From positions 434,001 to 498,000 of the forward strand of contig MU053431.1 in the NCBI GenBank assembly GCA_013239625.1: a DNA stretch of 64,000 nucleotides, given 5' to 3'. Below, one piece after another: positions 36,291 to 48,005 of this stretch. The translations under genes were made by a program, and so were the position numbers. The stretch is from Lama guanicoe (Eukaryota). The first letter of the stretch is position 1; the number at the start of each line of letters is the position of its first letter. The notes below the pieces were generated by a model. It searched no databases. It saw only the letters and a list, made by a program, of their open reading frames with translations, and had not been told where the DNA came from.

Positions 36291-38984
36291 GCCACGGTGC
36301 TAAGTGCTTTTCCTGGAGTCCTTCATTCTACCCCACGGGGCCCCAAAGAGGCAGAAATATCATTTCAATCTTACCGATGAGGAGTGGGGGCTAAGCTGCT
36401 GGGGTGCTGGGGGCAGGGACTGCCTCAGAGGCTGAGAGCCTCCTTGGCCAAGGTGACACTCCTCCACACGCAGCGCAGTCTGATAATGATGGATGCAGAG
36501 GTGCCAGGGCCCAGTCACCTCGGCTGCATGAGGGGGACTTTCATGGGCTGATTTAGTGCCAGAGCTCCAAGCGGCCGGCTGGGTCTGCTGATCAGGACTC
36601 CTTCACAGGAGGGCTCCCCTCCTCGTCCCACTTGTCCCCCTCATCCTGCACAGGATGCAACCTAAGTCCCCGCCAAACTCCACCTCGGGACCCCCTCCTC
36701 CAGAACGCCCCCCCGGTGGTTAGGAAGTTTGACCGGCTCACGCAGAGCTTCATGGTGGGCCCGAGAGCCACACCTGCGCTGCTGGCTCCTGTGACTTCAC
36801 CGGCGATCTTTATGGCTTTCCCTTCCCCTTCCACCACTTCCTCCCAGAAGCTTCTGGAGGAACAGAAGTTCATCCTCACACCTGTCATGCTCGCTATTAT
36901 TATGGGTTTTTTTCCCCCAAATCACACTGACACTACAAGTCTAAATAAAAGTTTTAGAATTCTTTGAAGGAAAATATTCATGCAGTAAAATTTCACTACA
37001 TTAAAAGATTAGTGTTAATTAGTGAAAAACTCCAGACCATAAAATGCTTTTCGATGTGTTATTTTATTCTTGAGTAAATATGTCAAGAAACTAGCAGCTA
37101 AGGAGAGGAACTCAAAATAGAATTCGTGTTTGTTCTCTTCTTATCTGCCTATTTGTGACCACGATAACCTTGAAAGCAATTTATTCTCCTACAGAAGTCA
37201 ACATACACCTTCTACCATCACCCAGATTCACAATTCATTTGCTGAACATTTTTAACAAGGAAAAAGAAATCTTCATTCTGACCCATGTCTGAATGTTCAG
37301 ATTTCAGGTTACCAGACTCAGAATTAATGAGCTTTTATTGACTCTCCTTCATTTGCCATTTTCCTCTTACTTTCAGCTTCTTCTTTCCTCCACTTTAAAA
37401 ATAATAATAATAATAATACCCCTTGCTGAAACGTCTAATGGCCGTCTCATCGCAAAGCCCTGGAGACCTCCAGTTGTTCTGGGACAAGGGCGAACCTGGC
37501 ACCAACCTGAGCTGTTCTGGTGACAGCACGCCGGAGTGTCCCAAGGTCGATGCCATCAGACCCAACACAGTGTCACCAGTCCTTCTTGCCCAAATGCTTC
37601 ATCTCCGGATACCATCCGGGTGCCTTCGGGGAAAGCCCCGTACGTACTCCTAGGGGCAGGGACAGTGCCTCCGGGCGGTGCCTTTCCTGGGAAGGAGCTC
37701 AGATTCTCTGGTAAGGTCTTCAGACGTCCTGGACCCTCTCTCTGCACGCAGCCTTGCTCGTCACTGCAGCTCGTCTGCCCTGTTCTGGCTGATCTCTTTG
37801 TATGTTCACTGTAATGTGAGAAGCAGGAATTGTAATTCACTGTTGTGGTATGATTTATTTTAAATGGATATGGAGTCCCGCTGGGGACCAGTCTGGGTCG
37901 GTGGGGAGGAAGGGAGCAAGTGATTCAGGGTCTCTGGGCCAGGGAACTCAGACGGAGCAGCCGCCCCGTGCCGAGGAGGCTCCGGCGTCTTCCACACGCT
38001 GTCTCAGCGTAGCGCCCACCGAGCCTGTGCGTAAGTGCCTTTCTCCTGCCCTGTTTTATAAAAGAGGCGCGAGGTACACACGTTACAAATACCTCTGATG
38101 TGAGAACCCGGGAGATCCTGCCCCAATGAGGCACCCTTTCCTTTTGGCCTGTTTATCATTGAAAGCGTCCCGACTGAAGGCTTCCCTGGTTAGGAAATAA
38201 CAGAACACTCGCTGCCAGCCTCCCTCTTCCAAACAGTGGAGCCTGTGTGCTGGACTTGAGGGCATAAATGTGCAGAAACGAATGCTGACTGGTCCGCAGA
38301 GCGGCAACTTGAAGGCCTGGATTGTCACTGTAGATGGTCCTAGGGTGATTCGTGGTACCCAGGAGGTCCTCCGCGATTCATCAATGAATTGTGCCCCATG
38401 ATATCCTCGTGGGCCCCCGGCGTGGGCTGCCAAGCCCTCCGACCTCCCCAAGGCTGTGGAGGGTGCAGCTGGGGCGCTCACAGCCGGTGTTACTCGCTCC
38501 ACACGCTTAGACAGCGCTGCTCTGGGGAAGCGTTTCCCAAGCCATTTGTCACCTCTGCTGACCTCTCCCTGGGAGGCCGGCTGTCCTCTGCTCGGAGGCT
38601 AGGCACGGCTCCCAGGTGACCCAGCACGGCCGGCCGGGGCAGGAGGCTCTGCGGACACTGCGTGTGTGGTGACTGGGGAGAGTTAACAGCCGCGCTTAAT
38701 TCTGTCGCGGCAGCCTCCCTCGGTACGTTCCTCCGTGATGATCTTGCCGACAACCTGCAGTCGTCCGCATCTTAGGTGAAAGGAGACTGAGGTGCCAAGC
38801 ACCCCCTCCCAGGCAGGACTGGGGCTCCACGCTGAGTCTGCGCCGCGCGTCCTGCAGCAGTAAAAACAAACACGAGAAGTGCCTCTGTACTGCAGCCTGC
38901 TCTCGCGTCCCCTCGTCCGCTTCACACGGGCATGGGGATCACTTTGGAGCGGCTTCCCACGCACTCGGTGGCATGAAGCAGATC

Positions 38985-40054
38985 CATGAGCTGACAGGTC
39001 GGGGGGACAGAGTCTGAATTGGGTCTCGCTGAGCTGAGAATCGAGGTGCTGGCAGGGCTGCTTTGCTTCTGGAGTGTGATGGTCAGTGTTGGGTCGCCCT
39101 GACTGGGCTGAGGGATGCCCAGGTGCCTGGCAGAACATTGCTTCTGGGTGTGTCTGTTGTGGGGGTCTCCGGAAGAGATTAGCATGTGAATCCGGAGACC
39201 GAGACCAGGAGACGCCGTCAGCAATGCAGTGGGCATCACACAGTCCACTGGGGGCCTGGGCAGAATCGAAAGATGGAGGCGGGACCGATCCCCTCTTCCT
39301 TTCTGAGCACCCTTTCTTCTGGGACATCGTCTGCTCTGCCCGTAGAGGCCCTCAGAGCTCTTGCTTCTCAGGCCTGGGGACTCAGACCAGGATGTATGTC
39401 ACCAGCCCCCTGCTTCTTGGGGCCCTGGGCTGAGTTATACCACCGGCTTTCACGTTCTCCAGCTTGCGGACGGCAGGTCCTGGGGCTCCTCAGCTCCAGA
39501 AACGCATACGCCAGTTCCTTTAATAGGTCTCTTCTTCTGTCTGTCTGTCTGTCTATCTGTTATCTGTACCTGTCTATTATCTGTCTGTTGTCTATCCATC
39601 CATCCGTTCACCCATCCACCCACCCATCCATCCATCACTCATTCGTCCATCCACCCATCTGTCATCCATCTATTTATCCATCATATATCTACATCTGTCT
39701 GTGTCCATCTGCCCAGTCAGTTCTTTCTCTCCGGGGACCCCTGGCTGGTACATGGTGACTCCATCCCGTTCCTGCCTTTTCTAGCCTCTGGAGGCGGAGG
39801 TCGCCCACATTTCTGGGACCATGGCTCCTTCCATCTCAGAGCCAACAGTGGCCTGTCAGGTCTCTCTCATGCTCTGAGCCTCCTGCCCCCCGCTTCTGAG
39901 GACCCATGTGAGTAATCCAGCATAACCTCCCCCATCTCAAAAATCCCTCATTTAATCTCACCTGAAAATTCCGTTTTCTACGTAAGGTGACATATGCATG
40001 CATTCTGGGGACCAGGATGTGGCCATCTTCAGGGGGCACTATTCTCCTACCACA
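38985..40054 (-). mobile_element. MaLR LTR (MLT1D-like) split by an MLT2 insertion
   Basis: Left part: gggtctcgctgagctgagaatcgaggtgctggcagggctg. Right part: ttttctagcctctggagg...ctcccccatctcaa...taaggtgacata...ctattctcctaccaca. Confidence 0.85.
39075..39752 (+). mobile_element. ERVL solo LTR, MLT2 family, with internal (TCTG)n/(TCCA)n
   Basis: TG...CA termini (tgtgatggtcag...ggaccc..ctggtaca). Flanks tggag (39070-39074) and tggtg (39753-39757) form a 5-bp TSD with one mismatch. Confidence 0.93.
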
Positions 40055-41519
40055 GGGCAGAAGGGAAGTGACCGTCCCACTCTCATGCTGTGGGGGGAGC
40101 ACCCTGAGCCCCGTGGCAGTGTCCTGCAGACACACTGAGGGCGCACCCATGGAGCCCATCCTGGGACAGAACCCTGGTCGTCCTCGCCCTGTGGCTCTGA
40201 GGCGACCAGGGCTGACAGGCTGACTTGCTCTCCTGACTCTTGCCCGTCACTGGACGGGCTCCGTCCCCCGCCGCCGCCCTCGCCCTGACGTGGGCAGCGA
40301 GCCTGCTGGACAGGAAGGGAAGCCGGCGCACACGGGGGGCTGGCTTCCTCCGGCCTCGGCATCTCACGAACCCTCAGCACATTCTCAGCGCCTCTTGACT
40401 CCTTGGAGCTTGCTTTCTTTATCAGTCCTGGTGAGAAAGAGCATTGCTAAAGGGTAAGAACACTCTCACTTAATTTTTCACGAGGGCAAACATGAAATAT
40501 TCAAGCCAATCCAGCCCAGAGTGAGCTTGCAGGACGCCAGCAAGGCCTGACACCTGCCTCTCAAAACAAACTCCAGTGTCTGCTGAGTTCAGCCCCCAAG
40601 CGCTGCAGCCCTAATTGGAGCCAAGGCTGCTTCGGGCCAGCGAGCCCGGGGACGTGGCGGGAGGTGCGTGCCTCCCTGCGCGGGGCGCTGGCGGGTCCAG
40701 GCATTTGTTTCTCAGACGGTCACTCCCCCCAGTTTTAATTTCATTTTTTCGGTTTGTCTTCTTGAAAATTTTAAGACCTTTTTACGAAGCGTCACATTAA
40801 AGAAATTCCGATTAAAGAGCAACCCCAAGCAGCAGGTGACGGGAGACGCAGCGCTCCGTCTCGCCTGCTCAGACTCCTGGACCGTCGGCCTCCGGCGCTG
40901 TCCCGCTGCTCTGGGCAGGTGAGTGGGGCTGTTCTGCGTGTTTCCTTCACGACCTTGCCGGACAGAGGAGTTTCTGATTTTCCTCCCCAGAAAGCGCCTG
41001 TCCTTGGGTGCCGCCACGTGCCCTCCGTGGCTGGGACGGCAGGGTCACACTTGGCACACGAAGCCTTGCGGGGCCCGTCACCTGGGAGCCGGTGGCCAGT
41101 GTGCGTCACGTGTTGTTCCACATGACGAGGCTAATCTGACAACAGACCAGTGGGGTTTCCGCAGGGTAGTATTTGAGATGCGCCCACGGAGAACGGGGCA
41201 CCGCGCAGTGTCTCAAAATCAGGGCTCCCCGGCGAGGCCTCCAGCATCAGGTCAGAGCAGGGGAGCGACAGGGCCCCGAGCCGGGCAGGGCCACAGCCTG
41301 TCCTCCTGCTGATGGACAACTGCACGTGGCCCCGCTGCCTTGGCTTGTTCACTGGACTAGTGGCCACTTACTGTCCCTTGGGGTCGTGCCCTGTGCGAGG
41401 CTCGAGGGACACGGCCTTGGGAAGGCCACAGCCTCGTGCTCTCAGGGCTCCTGGTCCACTGGGTGCGAGTCAGAGCCTGGCGGTCGGAGCGATGGCAGGG
41501 TCCGGGCATGGTCTCGGGG

Positions 41520-41810
41520 GCTCAGGGAGGAGGCAGCTTCCTGGAGGAGGTGACGTCCAAGCAGAAACCTGAGGACAGACGGGAGACAGCCAGCCAAAGG
41601 GAGGGGGGAAGGCTGTTCAGGCAGAGGGAAGACTGTGTGAAGGCCAGAGAGAAAGGCAGCTCAGCGTCCGGGACGTCCTGCATTTGGAGGACAACGGGGG
41701 CTTGGGGGCAGGTGCCTGGTGCCAGCGCCGGGGGCTGGGGCGTGGCGCTGTGGAGACTTAGTAAGGAATCTGGTTCTGTTCAAAGAGGAGCTGGAAGCCC
41801 CAGAGGACTT
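41520..41810 (-). mobile_element. L2 fragment, apparently resuming at ~42390-42720
   Basis: gcttcctggaggaggtgacgtccaagcagaaacctga...caggcagagggaa...gaagcc..gaggacttt. Confidence 0.8.
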
Positions 41811-42370
41811 TGGTTTGGTTTTGTTGATTGATTGTTTTCACAAATAGTAAACAAGCATCCAATTTAACCACACGTTTCTCTACATTTTCACAAACACACC
41901 AGTGTAACCAGTGCCATAATCAATGCGCAAGGCGTTTCCGTGGCCGCAAAGCTCCCTTGTGCGGCATGCCCACCCATGCCGCCCTCCCCGTCCCAGGCAC
42001 CTGGTGCTCTGCTCTGTCTCTGTAGGTCAGGTGTGTTTCCTCCAGGGCGTCATACAGAATGCGTACACGCTTTCGTTACAGGCGTCTCCCCCCGCCGCGG
42101 GAGTCCAGGGTCGTCGCACGGCTGTGATCGCTGGTTTCTTCCCGTTGCCGAGCTGCGTCCCGTGGTGCGGACCTGCTGCAGCCCTCCCTCCGCTCCCCCC
42201 ATCACCTGGTGGATGTAGAGATTCTTTCTATTCTGATGATACGTGGCTGTTAGGAGCAAGCATGTACAAGCCTCCATGTGGACGTAGGTTTGTTTTTCTG
42301 TTGGGGAAGCACCAGGAGTGGAATGGCCCGATCATTTGGTAGATGCTTGTTTAACTCTGTAAGAAGCTGA
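41811..42370 (-). mobile_element. Old L1 (L1MB/ME-like) 3' end
   Basis: tgtaacca..cataatcaa and catgtacaag...tgtggacgta.gttt...aggagtggaatggc...ggtagatg..tgtttaact..taagaa. Confidence 0.85.
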
Positions 42371-43849
42371 CATCCCGCCCCAGGGCAGGTAAGCAGGAGC
42401 CTGAGATGCTATTTGCAAAGATTTCGGGCTGCAGTGCGGAGGACGGGTGAGGAGAGGAGGTGGAATCAGATGCTGCAGTTGGAGATGGCAGCGTGCTGTC
42501 AGGAGAGAGGGCAGGGCCCCGGCGCAGCAGAGGGCCATGGGAGGCCGAGATGGGCCAGCGGAGGGCCCCCAGGAGCTGGAGGTGACCGGACTTGGGACAG
42601 GTGGGAGGTGGAGGCTAGGGGGCTCCAGCAGGGCTGTTTCGGACTGCGCCTAGCTTGGGGAGGGCTGGGCCATCCAGCAGTTTAGAGAGAGCGGGATGGC
42701 TGCACTTAGGAAGACGAAGAGCTCAGCTCTGCACGGGGAGGCCTGAGGTGGCCGGGGAAGGCCCAGCAGCAGCCGGGCGGGCCCGCGGGAGACTCGGGGG
42801 CAGCTGCGGAGGGAGGACGCAGCCCCGAGACTGCCCCGCGTACAGCAGCTGCCTGAGGGCTCCAGGGAGACGGTGTGATCTGGCAAGTCTGCGACGAATT
42901 AGATTCTGCAGGGACACGACAGAAGCACGGTGAGGATTTGAGAATGACCCCCGGAAGCAAGCTAACCGGTGCGCGAGGATCAGCTAGAGAAGCGAGGCCA
43001 CGTTCATGCGTCGACGTGCGATGGAGTTTGTTTAAATGCCGCACAAAACCCAGCCGTGCTGCAGTCTTCCTCACTGCCACTCGCTGACATCTGCTGGGGG
43101 CGACACTGATGCGCGCCGGCGTGAGGAAGGCTGTGCCCGCGTCCTGGGGACACAGCGCACAGCGCCCCCTCCCTCGGCGGCGCCAGCTTCTCGGTGACGA
43201 GAGTTTCGCTTTTTCCTTGGCATGTGGTTCGGCTCGGAGAATGCCAGTCTTTTTCCGTGATCCTCATCCAGGCTCCTGAGGGAGGAAATAATCCGCCCGG
43301 GGGCTGGAAGCTATTTACCCCACAGAACAGGAGGCCGCGCAGCTCCCCGAGCCCCGCGGTGAGCGAGTTCCTGGGTGGGCTGGCCCTCTGTTCAGAGAAA
43401 GAGGTGAACAGGGTTTATTTATTTGAAGATGTGTGAGGAAGCACACATTTGAGATGAAGAGAGGCAAGACTCACAAGCACTTCAAAGCGGGAACATTCTG
43501 GGGCCCAGGATGGAAACAAGGAGTCCGCCACGGCAGAGCACACGTGCGCCCCCCGAGGGCCCCCCGAGGGGGACACGGCCACACGGGGGCACGAGGCGTG
43601 AAAGAGAGTTAAAGCCACGCATAGTGAACGCCACTTGGGAACAGGTTCTAAGACACTTAAGACCTAACAAAAGAGACGAAGAATGACACCGCAAGGTCCT
43701 GCCGCCCACAGCCGCCCCGGCGCGGCACGGCGCGGTGGGGTTTGCTGAGAAGCTGGGTGGGCGCTGGGCAAGCTGTAGGCTTGGAACGTTGCCTCCTCCC
43801 ACCAGGTTTCCCTTTGATGCTCGCTCCCCCACGTCCCCTCTCCACCGCG

Positions 43850-44002
43850 GGCTGGGTCACAGGTGTGCCGCCTGGCCGGGCGTGCGGGGGCCCGTGCCCG
43901 GGTGGGCCCCGGGCGTGACTCAGTGCTCTTAACGCTTTTTAGACCAGGGCCCCCATTTTCACTGTGCGGTGAGCCCCCTAAATGACGTGGCTCGTCCTAG
44001 CC
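43850..44002. mobile_element. MER91-like hAT-Tip100 relic
   Basis: gggcccccattttcactgtgcggtgagccccctaaatgacgtggctcgtcct resembles the MER91 terminus. Confidence 0.55.
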
Positions 44003-44079
44003 AGACCCACACCCAGCGCCACCCCCAGCCAGCTGGGCGCTCTCTGGTGCAAGTCAGGGACGCCGCCTGTGATGGGCTG

Positions 44080-45502
44080 GGTCACATCCCCTCCAGATTC
44101 ATAATCGTGGCGCTGGTCCTCTGAACCCTGGAGACGAATGGTGGAGGGGTGGTGGACGGGGGGAGCCAGGTTTGTCGTTGGAGTGAAAGGTTACGACGAA
44201 GCAGGGAGCGGAGGGTGGAATGAGCCCCGTGGGGGCGATGCTCGGGCGTGGGGGACAGGGTGGGACTCAGGTTTCGGGTAATGCAGGTAGAGATGACCTC
44301 ACAGAAAGGTGTGTGTAGATGTGTGTGTGTGCAGGGCTTGTAGACGTACGTCTGTTCCCCTGCTCTGCCCAGCGAGGAGGCCCAGGGGCAGTAGCACCCA
44401 ACGCAGAGCAAACCTCGTTCCAGGCCTGGTTCCCGACACAACCCCAGCGAACAGACAGGCTGCCTGCCTGCCCCCCCGCGAACAGGCAGGTCTCCCGTGC
44501 AACAGAACCCGAGTGGTGTGTGTTCCCCAGCCCTGAGAGAGGTGGGTCCTGCTTCCCGTTCTTGAAGTGTGGGCTGCACGGAGTGACTTCCTCCCCAGAA
44601 GGACAGACTAGAAGGAGGGGGAATAAAAAGTTGACATTTGCAGAAGCCGAGCAGACACGACCTGGGCCCGGAGACCAGGGTCCACGTTCTGTCGATGGTC
44701 CGCACCGTGATGAGGCAGGAGGAACACGGCACCCGGGCCTCAGGGGTCGTCCTCCCGAACCCGCCACCCCGGGCTCATCATGAGAAAAGCAGCAGGCAGA
44801 TCCCGGCTGACACCTGAGCAGTCCTTCTCAGCACGGCCACTGTCACCCAAACAAGGCACGTCGGAGACAGTCTCAGGGCCGAGAGGGGCCGAAGCGGAGA
44901 GGACATCTGCTCTGGGTTGAATCGTGTTCCCCCCAGAACCGTGTCCTGAGGCCCTGACTCCCAGAGCAACTGGACATGGAGCTGAGGCCTTTGCGAAAGG
45001 AATGAGGGTCGAGTGAGATCCCGAGGGTGGCCCTGGTCTGATAGGATGATGTCCTTGTAAGAAGAGGCAGCAGAGAGCTCGTGCTGGCCAGGGTGAGGAC
45101 ACAGAGAGCCTCCACCGGGAGCCGAGCCCCTCCACCTGGGCCATGCGGCCCCTCCGCCTGGGCCCGCGGCCTCCCGGGCTGTGGGAAGTAGGTCGGTGTC
45201 TGTGGCTCAGGCCGCCTGGTCTGCGGTGTTTTGTCGCTGCCACCTGAGCCGCAGATCTACGTGTCGTATGTGTCCTGGGCGGTGCACTGGCTCAGAAAAC
45301 AGAACAGTAAGAACAAAGAAAATTTGGAAAAGCGTGGGCTTTAGTGAATAATAACCTCCCCGTATTGATTATTGATTTTGACAGGCGTGTCGTGTTTAAT
45401 GGAGGATGTGAATACTGCGGGAGGCTGCCCGGAGTGTGTGGGAACTGTGTCACGCGTCTTCTACACACTTAAGACTGTCTTGAGATGAAATGTTAATTAA
45501 AA
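44080..45502 (+). mobile_element. L1MC/MD-like 3' UTR, interrupted by an MLT1 LTR
   Basis: ttgaagtgtgggctgcacggagtgacttcct and a terminal ggctttagtgaataata...gatgtgaata...tgggaact...ttaaaa. Confidence 0.75.
44908..45260 (+). mobile_element. MaLR solo LTR (MLT1B/C-like)
   Basis: tgctctgggttgaatcgtgttcccccca...gggtggccct...tgtccttgtaagaagagg...gcctcccgggctgtg...ggtctgcggtgttttgt. Confidence 0.88.
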
Positions 45503-46329
45503 CATAGATTTGTTGCTGAGATATGAACACAGACATATTAAAAGTTCTGTTTTCCCTGGGGCTCTAAATGGAGCTAAAATAAAATTCAGATAACTCCATT
45601 AAAGCAATCAGCCCTCTACCCTTTGGTAAACCTAGACACTCACTACTTTAATGAGAGGGGAGAGTGATGGGAACGCCCTGATGATCCCTGGGTGTCTCGG
45701 AGCCTCAGTAGCAGGACTCGGGAAACGGCCCCCAGGCATGTTTTGACCTGGGCTGTGCCCACGGGCCACATGGATGACTGGTGCCATCCGTGGCTGGGAG
45801 CACTCCAGGGCTTCCGTTTCACTGTGTCGGTGCACGTCTGAAACCACAGTTCTGATCCTCCACCCTTCTTGCTAAGATCCCTGTTGTCTTCTTTGTAATG
45901 CTGTCTCCAGCTCTCTGAGAGCATTCATTATGCCTCGAGGGAGCTCTTCAAATATCACAATCTCAGATGGGAATTTTCTGGAATGCACGGTCTGTTTCTT
46001 TCGCATCCCCCCTTTATTCCTCCCTCCAGGGCTGCCAAGCCCTCCTGACTGTCAGCAAGAATGTGCATTTTATCTAACGTGGAGCAGACACTCTGCTGGG
46101 TGAGAGGCAGGAGGTCAGGGAGGGAATGTGCTGCCCTCAAGGACCTCAAGACCCAGCGTGGACCACAGGCGGATATGATTACCGTCCTGCAGGACAGCGT
46201 GGGCAACCTCGGGCTTCACAGGACTTTGGGGACGGAGGGGCCGGCCTTGAAGCAGGGGACTCGGAGCTGCGCCGGCCTGTCGTTGCTGCGCTAGGGAAGG
46301 TCCCCTCCTGTATTCCTGCAGTTCCTCTG

Positions 46330-46800
46330 AAGGCTGCCTCTTGCTCTGTCAGGGTCATCACACCCTCCACACCAGCCAATCAGAGCATCTGCAGCCCCTG
46401 GACACCAAGCTTGGTCCAAGGGGTGGACACATGATAAACAGGGTTGATCCTGTCGAAACAGGTCAAGTCCTGCTGGAGGATTAATACAGATCCTGGGAAA
46501 AGAAATGCTGCTGCTTCTGGGACCATCAGTGCTAAGCTGCACGGAACCCAGAGCAGCCAGGGCCCATTGTTATTTCTTTTTGGAAACAATCTACCCGAGA
46601 ATGAAGCCAAGAGAGAAGGAAGCAAGACCGAGAGGGGGAGAAGCAAATGCCTTGTAGTGTTTGAGCTGCTGGATCGAACCACACCTGAAGTGAGCGTTTG
46701 AGCTGCTGGATCGAACCACACCTGAAGTGAGCACGTCCCTTAGCATTTCCAATGAGATGAGTCAATAAAACGACCTTCTTTGTTTAAGTGACTGCAAGGA
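46330..46800 (+). mobile_element. Old MaLR LTR (MLT1J/K-like)
   Basis: gccaatcagagcat, gagaatgaagccaa, tttgagc.gctggatc.a.cc.cacctgaag and tgagtcaataaa. Confidence 0.8.
46659..46732. repeat. Perfect 37-bp tandem duplication
   Basis: GTTTGAGCTGCTGGATCGAACCACACCTGAAGTGAGC occurs twice with no spacer. Confidence 0.98.
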
Positions 46801-47859
46801 AGCATAAGTGTGGGCCAGCCCTCCCAGTCTGTAGGACTGGCTTCTGGCTGTCTGATGTCCGCTTGGCTCGTTTTACTAGGATAAGCTACCAAAGAATTAT
46901 ATCATTAATACCTAAAGAAACACTTAGATTATTGTGGCCAAAAAATCAGAAAACCTTTAAGGCCACTGGATAAAATCTAACCTTCTCAGCCTGTTAAACA
47001 AAGGCCTCTAGGAACCAGTGAAAGCGTCTCCTTTCACGTGTGCTATGACCCCACAGAAATGGAAATAAACTTCATTCACTAGAACACAGCCCAGCCGTCC
47101 TCCCCCACCAGCCACTGCGCCTGCCGTCCCTGCGTTCGCCTGGCCCCTCCACCCGCTGCTGCGTGGCCCACAACACCCTCTCCCGGGGGAGGCATGTCCC
47201 CGCCCACTGGGGACCACGCCTCTGGTCTCTCATCGCAATCCCACTGCCCTGGTGTTGCGTTGGTCTGTTTCCTCTTCCACCGAACTGCGACCTTCTCAAA
47301 ACCGGGCTTCAGTGCCATCTAAGTCACCTTTGTATTTTTAGGAAAATCTGGAAAAGGGCCTTGTATTCCGTGGAATGTCGGTAATACCTGACGGATGGAG
47401 ATGTGAATAAATGAACCAAAGGATGATTATTTTGGATGCAGATCGATGTTCCTAATTGGCCTGATAAGGAAACGGCCGCCTGCCTGGCCCCGCTCCCTTC
47501 CTCGTCTCCCGCTCTCTCCAGCCTGACTATGAGGGGTCTCACGACTTTCCTTGCCTCCTTTTTCTTTGAAACTGAGGTGGTGAAACCTTCGGGGGCGGTT
47601 TTCAACCCAGGCTTTTCAGTGTGGTTGAAGGCACAGCCAACTTGTCCTGTAGTTTCCACCAAACCTGGGTGTTTATGTGATGCTTCGTGACGACTTTGTG
47701 TTTTTGGACACGAACGTTTCTCAGTGATGTCGGTGCGTGGCGTGGGCAGGAGTGCGTGGGTGGGCGATTCTGCGTCCAGGACAAGATGTGGGCCTTGGTC
47801 ATGAGAGCTCAGTGGGTTATAGCCGGCCGTTCCTGCTCAGTGTCGTCATGCTTCCTTCG

Positions 47860-48005
47860 GTTGTCACTTGTTTTCTAGCCCTCAGTTTTCTCATCTGTAA
47901 AATGGGGATGACAGTCCTAACCACTGCCTCGCTTGGGGTGCCCGAGGATGGGATGAGTTTATACGCACGAGGACTCAGAGCCGTGGTTAATACCTGGTAA
48001 CTGCA
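47860..48005 (+). mobile_element. MIR SINE fragment
   Basis: cctcagttttctcatctgtaaaatggggatga is the MIR core. Confidence 0.88.

Noticed and set aside
1081..39752. Two MLT2 LTRs as the ends of one provirus
   Set aside because: They are in opposite orientation, ~37 kb apart and clearly diverged, with no gag/pol between them. The second has its own TSD.
40894..40914. Second RE1 site (ggcgctgtcc...)
   Set aside because: Only one half-site matches; the GGTGCTGA half is absent.
46659..46732. 37-bp direct repeat as a CRISPR array
   Set aside because: Only two abutting copies, with no spacer and no cas genes, in a mammalian LTR context.
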